NCBI GenBank assembly: GCA_900546675.1
Contig: URDQ01000001.1
Location: 1 to 63,483, forward strand
Reading direction: 5' to 3'
From: an uncultured Porphyromonas sp.
GTDB lineage: Bacteria > Bacteroidota > Bacteroidia > Bacteroidales > Porphyromonadaceae
Length of the DNA: 63,483 nucleotides
In this document: in pieces, positions 46,357 to 56,365 of the stretch
Layout: each line of letters starts with the position of its first letter
Position numbering within the stretch: the first letter of the stretch is position 1
Translations under genes and position numbers: made by a program
The notes under the pieces: generated by a model
Database searches by the model: none
Seen by the model: only the letters and a program-made list of their open reading frames with translations
Told to the model about the DNA's origin: nothing

Positions 46357-46943
46357 AGGCTGTGCTTGGTAAGGTAAGTGCGGAGCTGATCCACAGCTCG
46401 GGTGCGGTGGCTGATAGCGTTCTTCTCTTGCGGACTCATCATAGCAAAGGTCTTGTCAAAGTCCTCTGGCACGAAGAGGCTGTCATAGCCAAAGCCCTCG
46501 GCACCCTCCTCGTGGTCTATGATCCGTCCCGCGACACGCCCCACGAAGTGATGCTCCTCGCCCTGGCTGTCGATTAGTACGATGACGCACTCGAAGTAAG
46601 CTCGCCACGGCTCGGGGTGTGAGGCTAAGGAGTCTAGGAGGTGCTTCCTATTAGCCACATCGTCACCGTCACAACCAGCGTAGCGGGCTGAGTGTACGCC
46701 TGGGTCACCGCCTAGCGCCTCGACAAAGAGTCCCGTGTCGTCCGCAATGCAGGGCTTGTGGTAGAGGTCGTAGAGAGCTTGTGCTTTGATAGTTGCATTG
46801 CCTAGGAGCGTGGAGGCGCTCTCTTCGGGAGCTGTGTAGTGACCTAGCGAAGAGGCTGAGCGCACCTCGCAAGTATCTCCGAGCATCGACTGGACCTCGA
46901 GGAGCTTGTGAGCGTTGTGTGTGGCAAGGTAAAGGACTTTCAT
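46353..46943 (-). CDS. rdgB: dITP/XTP pyrophosphatase (HAM1 family)
   Basis: ATHNAHK, ADDTGL, PGVHSARY, GFGYD and KNAISHR. Start placed at MKVLY. Confidence 0.95.
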   Translation of the reverse strand: MKVLYLATHNAHKLLEVQSMLGDTCEVRSASSLGHYTAPEESASTLLGNATIKAQALYDLYHKPCIADDTGLFVEALGGDPGVHSARYAGCDGDDVANRKHLLDSLASHPEPWRAYFECVIVLIDSQGEEHHFVGRVAGRIIDHEEGAEGFGYDSLFVPEDFDKTFAMMSPQEKNAISHRTRAVDQLRTYLTKHSL

Positions 46944-46991
46944 GTAACTTTGTGGAGGTTCTTCTATAAGACTGATTACAAAAGTACTGAA

Positions 46992-47393
46992 ATGAATGGG
47001 ATAAGCCAAATAGATGAGCTTTGTCGCCAATTGCCCTACTGTGAGGTGGATGCGCCGTTTGGTCCAGAGGTGGTGACCTACCGTCTGTCGCGACGCATCT
47101 TTGCGTTGCTCTGGCTGGAGCATGACCCAGGCATGGTGTCGCTCAAGGTGAACCCAGACTTGATAGAGCCATTGCTAGACCGGCATAGCGACCTGCAGCC
47201 TGCCTTTCACCTCAATAAGAAGCACTGGATACAGCTGGAGCTACCGACTAGTGAGTCTGAGGAGTGGATCGCTCGGCTCCTACGTCACTCCTATGCGCAG
47301 GTGTGGCGCAAGCTCCCGAAGGTTCAGCAACGTCTCTTGCCTCTCGGAATAGAAATCTACAATCAAGCACAGAATGAGCAAGATCTCCTTTGA
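46992..47393 (+). CDS. MmcQ/YjbR family DNA-binding protein
   Basis: PFGPE…RIFAL, SLKVNP, PAFHLNKKHW and HSYAQV. Start placed at MNGIS. Confidence 0.88.
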   Translation: MNGISQIDELCRQLPYCEVDAPFGPEVVTYRLSRRIFALLWLEHDPGMVSLKVNPDLIEPLLDRHSDLQPAFHLNKKHWIQLELPTSESEEWIARLLRHSYAQVWRKLPKVQQRLLPLGIEIYNQAQNEQDLL

Positions 47394-48123
47394 GATAACT
47401 GAACTAGACCACCCCATAGAGAGTACCTACGACTACCTAGTCAAGCTCCTGCAGGAGAGACCCGACCTTCCCTCGGGGACGGTCATACATACGGACTATC
47501 AGACAGCGGGACGAGGACAGCTAAACAATAGCTGGTTTAGTAGCCCTCGGCTCAATGCGCTACCCTCTATATTCCTTCGTCTAGAGCGACCTTTGCAGCA
47601 GATATGGTCTATTAGCGAGGCGACCGCCCTAGCAGTTTATAAGAGCTACAAGGAGCAGCTTTCGAGTGAGGATACGATTGAGATCAAGTGGCCCAACGAT
47701 ATCTTCGTCAATGACCACAAGATTGCAGGTATACTGATCCACAACGCTCTGGCGGAGGGCTGTGTCGCAGAGACAATCATAGGTATCGGGATGAATATCA
47801 ACGAGGGAGTTTTCCCGCCTGAGCTCCCGCAAGCGATCTCTTTGCGTCTCGTGACGGGGCAAACTTACGATGTAAAAGCCCTGCTCCGCCAGATGCTCCG
47901 TCATCTAGGGGAGCAACTTGCTCGTCAAGACTATGCGGCACTGCACGCAGAGTACAACGGTCTCCTCTACCAGCGAGGTGTCTCAGCTCGCTACCGTGAT
48001 GTCGCCACCGAGGAGGAGTTTGATGCGACGATCCAGGAGGTAAGTCCTCAGGGGCTGCTCGTCCTAACTACTGCGAAAGGTGAGGAGCGACGATACGCCT
48101 TCAAAGAGATTGTTTACCTATAA
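47374..48123 (+). CDS. birA: Biotin-protein ligase (class I, no HTH)
   Basis: QTAGRGQ, KWPNDI, KIAGILI and GIGMN motifs. Confidence 0.93.
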   Translation: MSKISFEITELDHPIESTYDYLVKLLQERPDLPSGTVIHTDYQTAGRGQLNNSWFSSPRLNALPSIFLRLERPLQQIWSISEATALAVYKSYKEQLSSEDTIEIKWPNDIFVNDHKIAGILIHNALAEGCVAETIIGIGMNINEGVFPPELPQAISLRLVTGQTYDVKALLRQMLRHLGEQLARQDYAALHAEYNGLLYQRGVSARYRDVATEEEFDATIQEVSPQGLLVLTTAKGEERRYAFKEIVYL

Positions 48124-48132
48124 TAGAAGAGT

Positions 48133-48921
48133 ATGTCTGAGCGCACAAAGATAGAGCACCGCCCCCTCACCCATGCAGAGGTGAAACTGATTAAAAGCTT
48201 GCAACTAGCGAAGCATCGCAAGCAGTCGAACCTATTTATCGCTGAGGGGGAGAAACTGATCGGCGAGATGCTCCCAGCTTATCGCTGCCAGCTACTAGTT
48301 GGTACAGAGGAACTGGTCGAGCCTTTATTAGAGCGATGCCAAGCGAGCATTGCTGAGGCGGTGATCCTGTCTGACCCAAAGCAAATAGAGCGAGTGAGTG
48401 GACTGAAAAGTCCTCGTCCGCTATTGGCTCTTTGCGAGATCCCAACGGTAGAGGCTCCCCAAGCGATACAACAACCTACCCTCCTTCTAGACGATGTGCA
48501 GGACCCCGGCAATGTCGGGACGCTCTTGCGCACTTGCGACTGGATGGGCATCAGACAGGTCCTCTGCACTGAGGGCTGCGCAGACGTTTATTCGCCGAAG
48601 GTGCTACAAGCGACTATGGGCGCTCTGGCTCGTGTGCAAGTCTATCGCTACACCGATAGGACGGCTCTGCTCACGATGCTAACGCAGACGGAGATACCCG
48701 TGATAGGGACCTTCATCGATGGCGCACCGCTTCGCACGTTGCGACTAGCGCCTGAGCAACCTTATATATTGGTATTAGGCAACGAGGGCAATGGTATCTC
48801 GTCCGACCTCTCTGCGCTCGTCTCTCAGCGAATTACAATCCCGTCGCCTGTCGATAGTCACTGCGAGTCGCTCAATGTGGCGGTCGCTGGTGCTATCGTT
48901 ATGGCGCACCTAATGCTTTAG
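48133..48921 (+). CDS. TrmH/SpoU family RNA methyltransferase
   Basis: QDPGNVGTLLRT, LGNEGNG and ESLNVAVA SPOUT motifs. Confidence 0.93.
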   Translation: MSERTKIEHRPLTHAEVKLIKSLQLAKHRKQSNLFIAEGEKLIGEMLPAYRCQLLVGTEELVEPLLERCQASIAEAVILSDPKQIERVSGLKSPRPLLALCEIPTVEAPQAIQQPTLLLDDVQDPGNVGTLLRTCDWMGIRQVLCTEGCADVYSPKVLQATMGALARVQVYRYTDRTALLTMLTQTEIPVIGTFIDGAPLRTLRLAPEQPYILVLGNEGNGISSDLSALVSQRITIPSPVDSHCESLNVAVAGAIVMAHLML

Positions 48922-48926
48922 CCTAG

Positions 48927-49922
48927 CTAGCAGCCTTCCGTCTGAGGAAGCAAGGGTTCTACCTGCGCTAGCACATCGTCTAGGTCAGCTAGGGTAGGGG
49001 CTTGAAGCATCGCTATGCGTAGCGCACGAAAGTTGGGGATGCCCTTAAAGAGTGGTGTAGCGGCTAGGTGGCGACGGCTGTGTAGGATGCCTCTGCGCTC
49101 GTCCAGTTTCTCGATATTCTTGTGAACGATCTCTTTTAGGATCTCTAGCTGTTGCTGGGAGGTTAGCTGAGGAGCGGTAAAAGTAGGGTCGACGGCAGCG
49201 CGCATTTCGCCAAAGATCCATGGCTGTCCGATAGCTGCTCGTCCGACCATCACCCCATCCACCCCATAGGTGTCAAAAGCGTGCCGCACCTCCTCGCCTG
49301 TCGTTATATCGCCATTGCCGATGATCGGGATCTGGATCTTAGGATTGGAGCGCACCTCACCGATCAAAGTCCAGTCGGCGCTCCCCTTGTACATATCGCT
49401 ACGAGTACGCCCATGAATGGTCAGAGCAGCGATACCGCAAGCTTGTAAGCGTGGTGCCAGCTCGGTAATGATCAGACTGTCGTGATCCCATCCTAGACGC
49501 GTCTTGACCGTCACGGGGCAACTAGCCGCAGCGACCACTGCGGCGGTGATTTCGAGGAGTAGCTCGGGGTCACGGAGCATACCACTGCCCGCCCCCTTGC
49601 CCGCGACCCGCTTGACGGGGCAGCCGAAGTTGAGGTCGAGTAGATCAGGCTCCAGTTGGCAGGCGATACGAGCCGCTTCGCACATCGTCTCCACATCACG
49701 ACCGTAGATCTGTATGGCGACGGGACGCTCTGCTGGGTCTATGCGCATCTTACGCATCGTGCTGGGCACGTAACGCACGAGCGCATCGGCACTGATGAAC
49801 TCGGTGTAGACGAGGCTAGCACCAAACTGCTTACAGAGCAGGCGAAAGGGTTCATCGCTCACATCCTCCATCGGTGCGAGCAGTAGCGGTCTAGAGCCTA
49901 AGTCGAGGGAGCCTATCTGCAT
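48927..49922 (-). CDS. dusB: tRNA-dihydrouridine synthase B
   Basis: LAPMED, LNFGCP, IHGRT, IGNGD and GVMVGR. Start placed at MQIGSL. Confidence 0.93.
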   Translation of the reverse strand: MQIGSLDLGSRPLLLAPMEDVSDEPFRLLCKQFGASLVYTEFISADALVRYVPSTMRKMRIDPAERPVAIQIYGRDVETMCEAARIACQLEPDLLDLNFGCPVKRVAGKGAGSGMLRDPELLLEITAAVVAAASCPVTVKTRLGWDHDSLIITELAPRLQACGIAALTIHGRTRSDMYKGSADWTLIGEVRSNPKIQIPIIGNGDITTGEEVRHAFDTYGVDGVMVGRAAIGQPWIFGEMRAAVDPTFTAPQLTSQQQLEILKEIVHKNIEKLDERRGILHSRRHLAATPLFKGIPNFRALRIAMLQAPTLADLDDVLAQVEPLLPQTEGC

Positions 49923-49924
49923 AT

Positions 49925-50485
49925 CTATTCGTTTGTCGTGGCGAAGCAGGTAAACTGTACCGCACTGTAAGACTTGTGCCAAGCGAAACGAGCAGACTCA
50001 GCAAAGTCCACCGTGTCAGGGTGCTCTAGTATGAAAATGGAGCTAGGACACCACGCTTTACTGGCGAAGAGTAGGTCGGGTATATCCTTTATCCACGGCA
50101 AGTTATAAGGAGGATCGGCAAAGATCAGGTCGTAAGGCTCCCCATCGTACTGACGTAAGTACTGCTCTACAGAGCGATTGAGGACTAGGAGCTGCTTGGT
50201 CGAGAGGATCTCCTTGTCTAGCGTGTCAGCAGCCGACCGAATGAAGGCTGCATGCTTAGGATGCTTCTCGATAGAAGTCACTGAGGCTGCTCCCCGTGAG
50301 ACAAACTCTAGAGAGATACTTCCGATGCCCGCAAAGAGGTCCAGTACCCGCATACCCTCTATGTCATATTGTGCCGAGAGACTATTGAAGAGCGCCTCCT
50401 TAGCTATATCCGTCGTGGGGCGGAGCGTCAACCCTTTAGGTGGGGAGAGACGACGACGACCATATTTGCCTGCTATAATGCGCAT
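49925..50485 (-). CDS. rsmD: 16S rRNA m2G966 methyltransferase
   Basis: MRIIAG, LRPTTD…KEALFN, LDLFAG and FADPPY. Confidence 0.93.
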   Translation of the reverse strand: MRIIAGKYGRRRLSPPKGLTLRPTTDIAKEALFNSLSAQYDIEGMRVLDLFAGIGSISLEFVSRGAASVTSIEKHPKHAAFIRSAADTLDKEILSTKQLLVLNRSVEQYLRQYDGEPYDLIFADPPYNLPWIKDIPDLLFASKAWCPSSIFILEHPDTVDFAESARFAWHKSYSAVQFTCFATTNE

Positions 50486-50498
50486 GGTAATAACTCAA

Positions 50499-51347
50499 TC
50501 AAGCGTACCAATAGTCTATCGGCATGACAGACACGTCCCAGTCGGCAGTCGTGAACTGTCGGTGAAGCGCCTGCAGTAACTTACCAACCAAGCTATCAGT
50601 GCCAGCCGTCCCATCGGATAGTATTATGGATACAGGAGCCGAGTGATCTACTGAGCTGTCCAAGTATACCTTACTTAAGAAGTAAAGAACCTGGTAGAGA
50701 TGATGCTGCCACGAGCGGTAGCGAGGCCAACTATAATGGTTTGCTCGAAGCAAGTTGCCCGACTGACATAGTACCAAGTCGCACCCGCCCTCTATCAGTT
50801 CGACCCCCAGTGAGAGCCCAGTCTGAAGAGAAGACTGACGCAGCACCCGCTGTGCAAAAGGTAAGATCGTAGGGATAAACCGACAAGCCACGAAGCTACG
50901 CTGTAGGAAGCCTTTGAGTAGATGGCTAAAGCCCACAGCCAAGCTAGGCTTGCCATCGCCCAGAGCGTACGAATCGCTATAGTACTGCTCCTCGTCAGCA
51001 AAGATAGGAGCCGTCAGTCGCCACCAGTGTACGTCTTGCTCTCCACTCATACCACTCGGTATGACTACGTAGTGAGAGGCGGGGTAGAGTACTCGAACCT
51101 CTCCCTCAGGATCGCTGAGGATAGGGTGCTGTGCGATAATATCTCCCCATAGAGCAGAGACACGAGACCAGTCTATTGGTACAAACTGGCTTTGCCTCCT
51201 AGTGTGATAGCCTTCCTGTACACCCGCCTCTGTCTCTTCGTCTGAGAGGTCATATAGATAGACAAAGCCATCTGCAGTCAGTCGCAGGGTAAGCGATGAG
51301 ACTGCAGATGTCATAGTGTCTTTAGGAATTGCTGGAGGCTGCTGCAT
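50499..51347 (-). CDS. Conserved Bacteroidota protein (DUF3822-like)
   Basis: LTLRLTADGF, LLRANHY…LYFL, and the position directly upstream of rsmD. Confidence 0.7.
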   Translation of the reverse strand: MQQPPAIPKDTMTSAVSSLTLRLTADGFVYLYDLSDEETEAGVQEGYHTRRQSQFVPIDWSRVSALWGDIIAQHPILSDPEGEVRVLYPASHYVVIPSGMSGEQDVHWWRLTAPIFADEEQYYSDSYALGDGKPSLAVGFSHLLKGFLQRSFVACRFIPTILPFAQRVLRQSSLQTGLSLGVELIEGGCDLVLCQSGNLLRANHYSWPRYRSWQHHLYQVLYFLSKVYLDSSVDHSAPVSIILSDGTAGTDSLVGKLLQALHRQFTTADWDVSVMPIDYWYA

Positions 51348-51527
51348 AGTAACTATAGGTAGCGTCAGACAGTAGGCTTCAAGCTATCAAATCCGCCCAT
51401 CTGTCGAGAGATAGACTCTCCCCGACAATGAGCATCAGTAAAATTGCTTGAAGTCTATTGTCTGCATCGGTAGATCAGAGTGTCTCATACAGATAAAGTA
51501 TAGAGACAGAGAGAGCTACCTCGAGAG

Positions 51528-52169
51528 TTACTCCCAGTTGCCCGTGTTCTTGACCTCCTTGAGAGATCCTAGAGCGAGTCCAGGGTATCCAGTGCCTTGG
51601 TAGCGAGTCTCAGCATCCTTGATGGCTGTGTTGAGGAGCTTATGATCCTGATCAGCTAGGTAGACTGATAGAGGTACAGCTGTACGGAAGACAGGTACCA
51701 TAACGATATCCTCTCCAATCTCCTGAGCAACAGAAGCTGTATCGATCTCTATGATAGACTGGGGGAAGCCAGGAACCTGTAGAAACTCCTCAGGTGTCAT
51801 ATCACCCTTGAGTAGAGAGTCGCGTGCGCTGACCCACACCGTATCACGTGTGATAAGTCCCTTGGCAGCAGCCTCACGCTCATTCATACCAGCCTCACGC
51901 ATAGCATCGGTGTAGTCACCCTCAGAGCGAACGTAAAAGACCTTACCATCAGTAAGGAACTGACGCAGCTCATCTACGGGAGCATAGCGGTTGTAGACAT
52001 CGTGAAAGGCTTTCTCCACATGTGCTACCTCTTTCAGACGCACCTGAATGGGAGCCTCACGAGCAATACGTGTCTTGGAAAATCGCTCTGGTGTCAGGAT
52101 GCTCATGACTGATAGATAGCCCACGATGACTGCTGCTACCAGCAGAAGGACGGTCATTAGTTTTCTCAT
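51528..52169 (-). CDS. Conserved membrane-anchored hypothetical protein
   Basis: N-terminal TM helix, RDTVWVS and a C-terminal GLALGSL…TGNWE. Own promoter TATATTTG at 52275-52282. Confidence 0.85.
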   Translation of the reverse strand: MRKLMTVLLLVAAVIVGYLSVMSILTPERFSKTRIAREAPIQVRLKEVAHVEKAFHDVYNRYAPVDELRQFLTDGKVFYVRSEGDYTDAMREAGMNEREAAAKGLITRDTVWVSARDSLLKGDMTPEEFLQVPGFPQSIIEIDTASVAQEIGEDIVMVPVFRTAVPLSVYLADQDHKLLNTAIKDAETRYQGTGYPGLALGSLKEVKNTGNWE

Positions 52170-52343
52170 AATATCGCCTATAAGTTTTGTTGTGTTGATT
52201 ACGCTAGTCAGATAATGTGTGAGTTAGATACCCCCGAAGAGTATAAATTAGGAGAACCCAACCCATTCACAGCGCAAATATACGCTTTTCTCAATAGATA
52301 GAGCAACATCTGAAAAACCAAAAGCCCTGAATTTCCAAAATAG

Positions 52344-52400
52344 TCACAGAGGAAATCGTAAATCTCCACGTAGGAATCGGGGTAAGACATTCAACGTGGG
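52344..52400 (+). repeat. Degenerate family A fragment
   Basis: AATCGTAAATCTCCACGT is identical to 28411-28428. Flanking units are decayed. Confidence 0.7.
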
Positions 52401-52410
52401 GACTGGATGA

Positions 52411-53502
52411 CTACTTACTAGTCTCGATATGTGTGGTGAGCTGCTGGAGTGCTTTCTTGAGTGTGATGGGGAGAGCCAACCACTTGCTCTCATCGTGTAG
52501 CGGTACCCACGTACCACTGTCGGATAGCGGTAGGGTGCTACTATCGGAGAGTATGGTATAGTAGCAGTCTATGTAGAGCTGTCGGTGCGTGAGCCGATGC
52601 TTATAGCGTCTGAAGGGGTATAGCTGGCACTGCTCTAGCGCTGTAGGTAGCGCTGGAAGTGACTGCAGGAACAGCTCCTCTTGCGGAGCTACAGGCTGGT
52701 CATATAGTAGTGTGGGTTGGTAGAGCTTGGCCCATATGTCGCCCGTGGGGCGCTGGTAGAGTCTCGTCTGCCAGTGGTTTGCTCCCCCCTTGAGTACAAA
52801 GAGGTAGCCTAAGTGTCGTGGCTGGACGGAGAGCTTGAGCGCTTTACGTGGCAGACCTGCTCGCTCGGGGCTATCGGCTGAGGCGCACTCGCTACGGACT
52901 GGACAGCGACTACAGTCGCATAGCTGAGGGGTACAGATGAGTGCGCCTAGCTCGATCATCGCTTGGTTGTGTAGTCCTGGGTGCGGAGCCTTTTCGACCA
53001 GTTGTCTGGCTAGAGTGGTGTAGTACTTCTTTCCCTGGGTGGTGTCTATCGGCTCCTCAGAGGCGTAGAGCCGACTCAGTACGCGGAGTACGTTGCCATC
53101 GACGGCGGGGTATGGCTGATCGTAGGCAAAGGAGAGGATGGCTCCAGCTGTGTAGTCTCCAATACCAGGGAGGGCTCGCACTGTCCGATAGTCTGTCGGG
53201 AAGGTGCCTCCAAGCTCCTGAACGATGATCTGAGCCGCACGATGCAGATTGCGTGCACGACTATAGTAGCCCAGTCCCTCCCAGAGCTTGAGCACCTCGT
53301 CAAGCGGTGCTGCAGCGAGGTCTGAGACGGTGGGGTAGTGCTCGACAAATCGTAAGTAGTAGCTCGTTCCCTGATCTATCCGCGTCTGCTGTAGGATCAC
53401 CTCACTGAGCCATATACGATAGGGGTCGTGTATGTCTCGCCAGGGTAGCTTACGATGATTCTCTTGGTACCAGCTGTGTAGCTTATTGAGTAGCGTACTC
53501 AA
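52411..53502 (-). CDS. mutY: A/G-specific adenine DNA glycosylase
   Basis: RKLPWR, SEVILQQT, WEGLGYYSRARNL, LPGIGDYTA, VDGNV and a Cx6Cx2Cx5C cluster. Probable TTG start at 53502. Confidence 0.95.
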   Translation of the reverse strand: MSTLLNKLHSWYQENHRKLPWRDIHDPYRIWLSEVILQQTRIDQGTSYYLRFVEHYPTVSDLAAAPLDEVLKLWEGLGYYSRARNLHRAAQIIVQELGGTFPTDYRTVRALPGIGDYTAGAILSFAYDQPYPAVDGNVLRVLSRLYASEEPIDTTQGKKYYTTLARQLVEKAPHPGLHNQAMIELGALICTPQLCDCSRCPVRSECASADSPERAGLPRKALKLSVQPRHLGYLFVLKGGANHWQTRLYQRPTGDIWAKLYQPTLLYDQPVAPQEELFLQSLPALPTALEQCQLYPFRRYKHRLTHRQLYIDCYYTILSDSSTLPLSDSGTWVPLHDESKWLALPITLKKALQQLTTHIETSK

Positions 53503-53515
53503 ATGTGTTGCTTCT

Positions 53516-54499
53516 TTAGATAGAGAGCATATGTAGCAAGTCGATGAGGTCTGGGTCGATGCGTTTTTGCTTTTTCGTAGCCTTGACAAAAGGCACGTAG
53601 ACGATCTCATCGTTGTCGTAGCCGATCATCACATTGCGCTGCTCATCGAGGAGTGCCTGCACAGCAGCAGCCCCCATACGACTGCCCATAATGCGATCGG
53701 TAGCGCATGGTATACCACCTCTCTGTAGGTGCCCTAAGATGGTGACACGGATGTCAAACTTGGGGTAGCGACGCTTGAAGTCATCGGCGATGAAGAGTGT
53801 CTGCCCCTCGCGCTCGCCACTCTCGGTAACGAGGATGATACTGCTACTCTTGGTTTTGCGGAAGCCACTCTCGATCATTTTTTTGAGCGACTCGGTACTG
53901 GTTGGGTCTTCGGGGATGAGAGCTCCCTCTGAGCCGGTAGCGATAGCTCCATTGAGTGCTAGAAATCCAGACTCACGTCCCATCACCTCGACAAAGAAGA
54001 TGCGCTCATGGCTAGAGGCGGTGTCTCTTAGTTTGTCGACAGCATCCATAATGGTGTTGAGAGCTGTCGTATAGCCTATCGTGAGGTCGGTGCCTGCGAG
54101 GTCGTTGTCGATGGTAGCGGGGATACCAACGATGGGCAGGTTATGCTCATTAGCAAGGAGTCGTGCACCCGTTAGAGAGCCGTCACCACCGATGACGACG
54201 AGACCATCTATCTCATTCTCTTGGATAACTTGGTAGGCTCGAGTACGACCTTCGGGTGTCTCGAACTCATGGCTTCGTGCTGTCTTGAGGATAGTTCCTC
54301 CACGCTGTATGATGTTGCTTACGTTCTCGACGGTCAGCTCGATAATATTGTTTTCGATAAGACCTGTATAGCCCTTTATGATGCCACAGACGGAGATGCC
54401 ATGGTACAGAGAGGCTCTAGCGACGGCCCGTATAGCTGCATTCATGCCAGGGGCATCACCGCCCGATGTGAGTACGCCAATGCGTTTGATGCGATTCAT
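53516..54499 (-). CDS. pfkA: ATP-dependent 6-phosphofructokinase
   Basis: [25 protein letters not shown] and [16 protein letters not shown] promoter at 54536-54543. Confidence 0.96.
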   Translation of the reverse strand: MNRIKRIGVLTSGGDAPGMNAAIRAVARASLYHGISVCGIIKGYTGLIENNIIELTVENVSNIIQRGGTILKTARSHEFETPEGRTRAYQVIQENEIDGLVVIGGDGSLTGARLLANEHNLPIVGIPATIDNDLAGTDLTIGYTTALNTIMDAVDKLRDTASSHERIFFVEVMGRESGFLALNGAIATGSEGALIPEDPTSTESLKKMIESGFRKTKSSSIILVTESGEREGQTLFIADDFKRRYPKFDIRVTILGHLQRGGIPCATDRIMGSRMGAAAVQALLDEQRNVMIGYDNDEIVYVPFVKATKKQKRIDPDLIDLLHMLSI

Positions 54500-54567
54500 A
54501 CTTGAGTGTGTTAGTTTAGATAGCAATCTACGTTACAAAGGTAGCACTTTTACCTCAAGTGTGGCGC

Positions 54568-55371
54568 TTAAAGCGATGCGAGCAAACCACTATCCGCAAA
54601 GCTCAGATAGTGCGACCGCTCGCCATCGGAGGTAATCGAAGCGTGATAACGACCGAGGATGAGGTGGTCGTTGAGACGTATGTTGCAGACAGAGGCTACT
54701 TGCTTGACCCGCTTGGTAAGATCTATGTCCTCTGCACTGGGCTGTAGGTGACCTGTGGGGTGATTGTGCGCTAAGATGATAGCTGAGGCGTAGAGGGTGA
54801 TAGCGGGAGCCAAGATGAGTCGCAGATCAGCGACAGCGTGGCTGACACCTCCTGAGGATACGAGTACCTCCTTGATGACCCGTCCCGAAGCGTCTAGATA
54901 AATGCACCTTAGCTCCTCATGATCTAAGCTCTCTAGATGACGCCTTAAAATGCGGTAAGCGTCTAAGCTACAAGTGATCGGAGTACGTTGAGGCGGTGGT
55001 GTGTCTCGTAGTCTGCGCCCCAGCTCGATGGCTGCAAGTATGGTGCAGGCGCGTGCATCGCCTAGTCCGGCAAATCGCTTTTTCTTTTCTCCAGGTATGC
55101 TTCCCGTGAGGTATGCATGGTCTACATCTAGGAGTCGCCCCAAATCGTTATCTAGACCTGTCATAAGCTTCTTAGCTAGGTCTAGAGCCGTGTCCTCTTC
55201 TGTGCCAGAGTTGATGAAGATAGCCAGCAACTCAGCATCTGAGAGGTTGCGAGCACCGAGTCTGAGGAGCTTCTCGCGAGGACGATCCTCCTCGCTCCAC
55301 TGCTTGATGGTGTTTTTGGTAGAGCTTTTGGACAATGGCTTAGCTGGCTGAAGGGGGGTGTCTGCTTTCAT
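54568..55371 (-). CDS. radC: RadC/JAB domain protein
   Basis: RPREKL…LSDAELLAI and HNHPTG…PSAED. Confidence 0.93.
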   Translation of the reverse strand: MKADTPLQPAKPLSKSSTKNTIKQWSEEDRPREKLLRLGARNLSDAELLAIFINSGTEEDTALDLAKKLMTGLDNDLGRLLDVDHAYLTGSIPGEKKKRFAGLGDARACTILAAIELGRRLRDTPPPQRTPITCSLDAYRILRRHLESLDHEELRCIYLDASGRVIKEVLVSSGGVSHAVADLRLILAPAITLYASAIILAHNHPTGHLQPSAEDIDLTKRVKQVASVCNIRLNDHLILGRYHASITSDGERSHYLSFADSGLLASL

Positions 55372-55374
55372 CAA

Positions 55375-56346
55375 TTAGTCTGTAGAGAGCTGGTGGGTGA
55401 ATAAGTCTTGCTGGATACGCTCTAAAAGGGGTTCCCAAGGGGTGGAGAGATCGAGTGGAGCGAACTCGGGATGGCGTCGCTGCCAGGTGAGTTGCTTGCG
55501 GGCAAAGTGCCGACTATTGCGCTGTATGAGACGTACAGCTTCTGTCAGATCGTACTGGGTATCGAAGTGTGCAAAGAGTTCTTTGTATCCTACCGTATTG
55601 AGCGCATTGAGCTGTCGATGAGGGTAGAGTGCTTTGGCTTCTTCGACCAAACCTTCCTCGATCATCATCTCCACGCGCTGGTCGATCCGATCATACAGCT
55701 CCTCACGGGGACGTGTCAGGGCGTAGGTGAGCAGACGGAAGGGACGCTCGGTCTCTGTGCCTGAGTGGTAAGAGGAGAGTGGCGCTCCACTACTGAGGTA
55801 CACCTCTAGTGCATGCATCACACGACGATGGTTGCAGTGGTCTACCTTATGATAGTATAGCGGATCGACGAGCTGTAGCTCAGCGAGGATGCCTGCTAAC
55901 CCCTCTCTTTGATAACGCTCGTGAAGCTGCGCTCGTACCTCTAGGTCAACGGGGGGGATGTCGTCTATACCACTACAGACAGCATCAATGTAGAGCATAG
56001 AACCACCGCAAAGGATGACGACGGACTGATCTCGAAAGAGTCGCTCTAGAAACTCCATTACCTCTAGCTCATAGCGCCCAGCACTATACTGCTCGGTGAT
56101 CTTATGGGTCGCGATGAAGTAATGTGGAGCTAGTCGCTGCTCCTCTTCCGTTGGGGTGGCTGTGCCGATCGGCATACCACGATATATCTGCCGAGAGTCT
56201 GCCGAGAGGATAGGTAGGGGATTAGAGTCGGAGCCTAGATGACGCGCCAGTGCTATAGCAAAGGAGGTCTTCCCTACACCTGTAGCTCCTGTGAGTACGA
56301 TCAGTGTAGGGGAAACCTCCTTTAGTTTGCTAGTGCAGCAGCTCAT
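55375..56346 (-). CDS. miaA: tRNA dimethylallyltransferase
   Basis: GATGVGKT, ADSRQIYRGMPIGTA, TVGYKE and FARKQLTW. Confidence 0.96.
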   Translation of the reverse strand: MSCCTSKLKEVSPTLIVLTGATGVGKTSFAIALARHLGSDSNPLPILSADSRQIYRGMPIGTATPTEEEQRLAPHYFIATHKITEQYSAGRYELEVMEFLERLFRDQSVVILCGGSMLYIDAVCSGIDDIPPVDLEVRAQLHERYQREGLAGILAELQLVDPLYYHKVDHCNHRRVMHALEVYLSSGAPLSSYHSGTETERPFRLLTYALTRPREELYDRIDQRVEMMIEEGLVEEAKALYPHRQLNALNTVGYKELFAHFDTQYDLTEAVRLIQRNSRHFARKQLTWQRRHPEFAPLDLSTPWEPLLERIQQDLFTHQLSTD

Positions 56347-56365
56347 CGGAGAGGATAGCTAACCT

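Noticed and set aside
46944..47123. Long N-terminal extensions in the ORF track (rdgB, rpsP, gyrA, mutY, plsC, ept and others)
   Set aside because: They overlap neighbouring genes or promoters. Family homology and A-rich initiation regions point to downstream starts.
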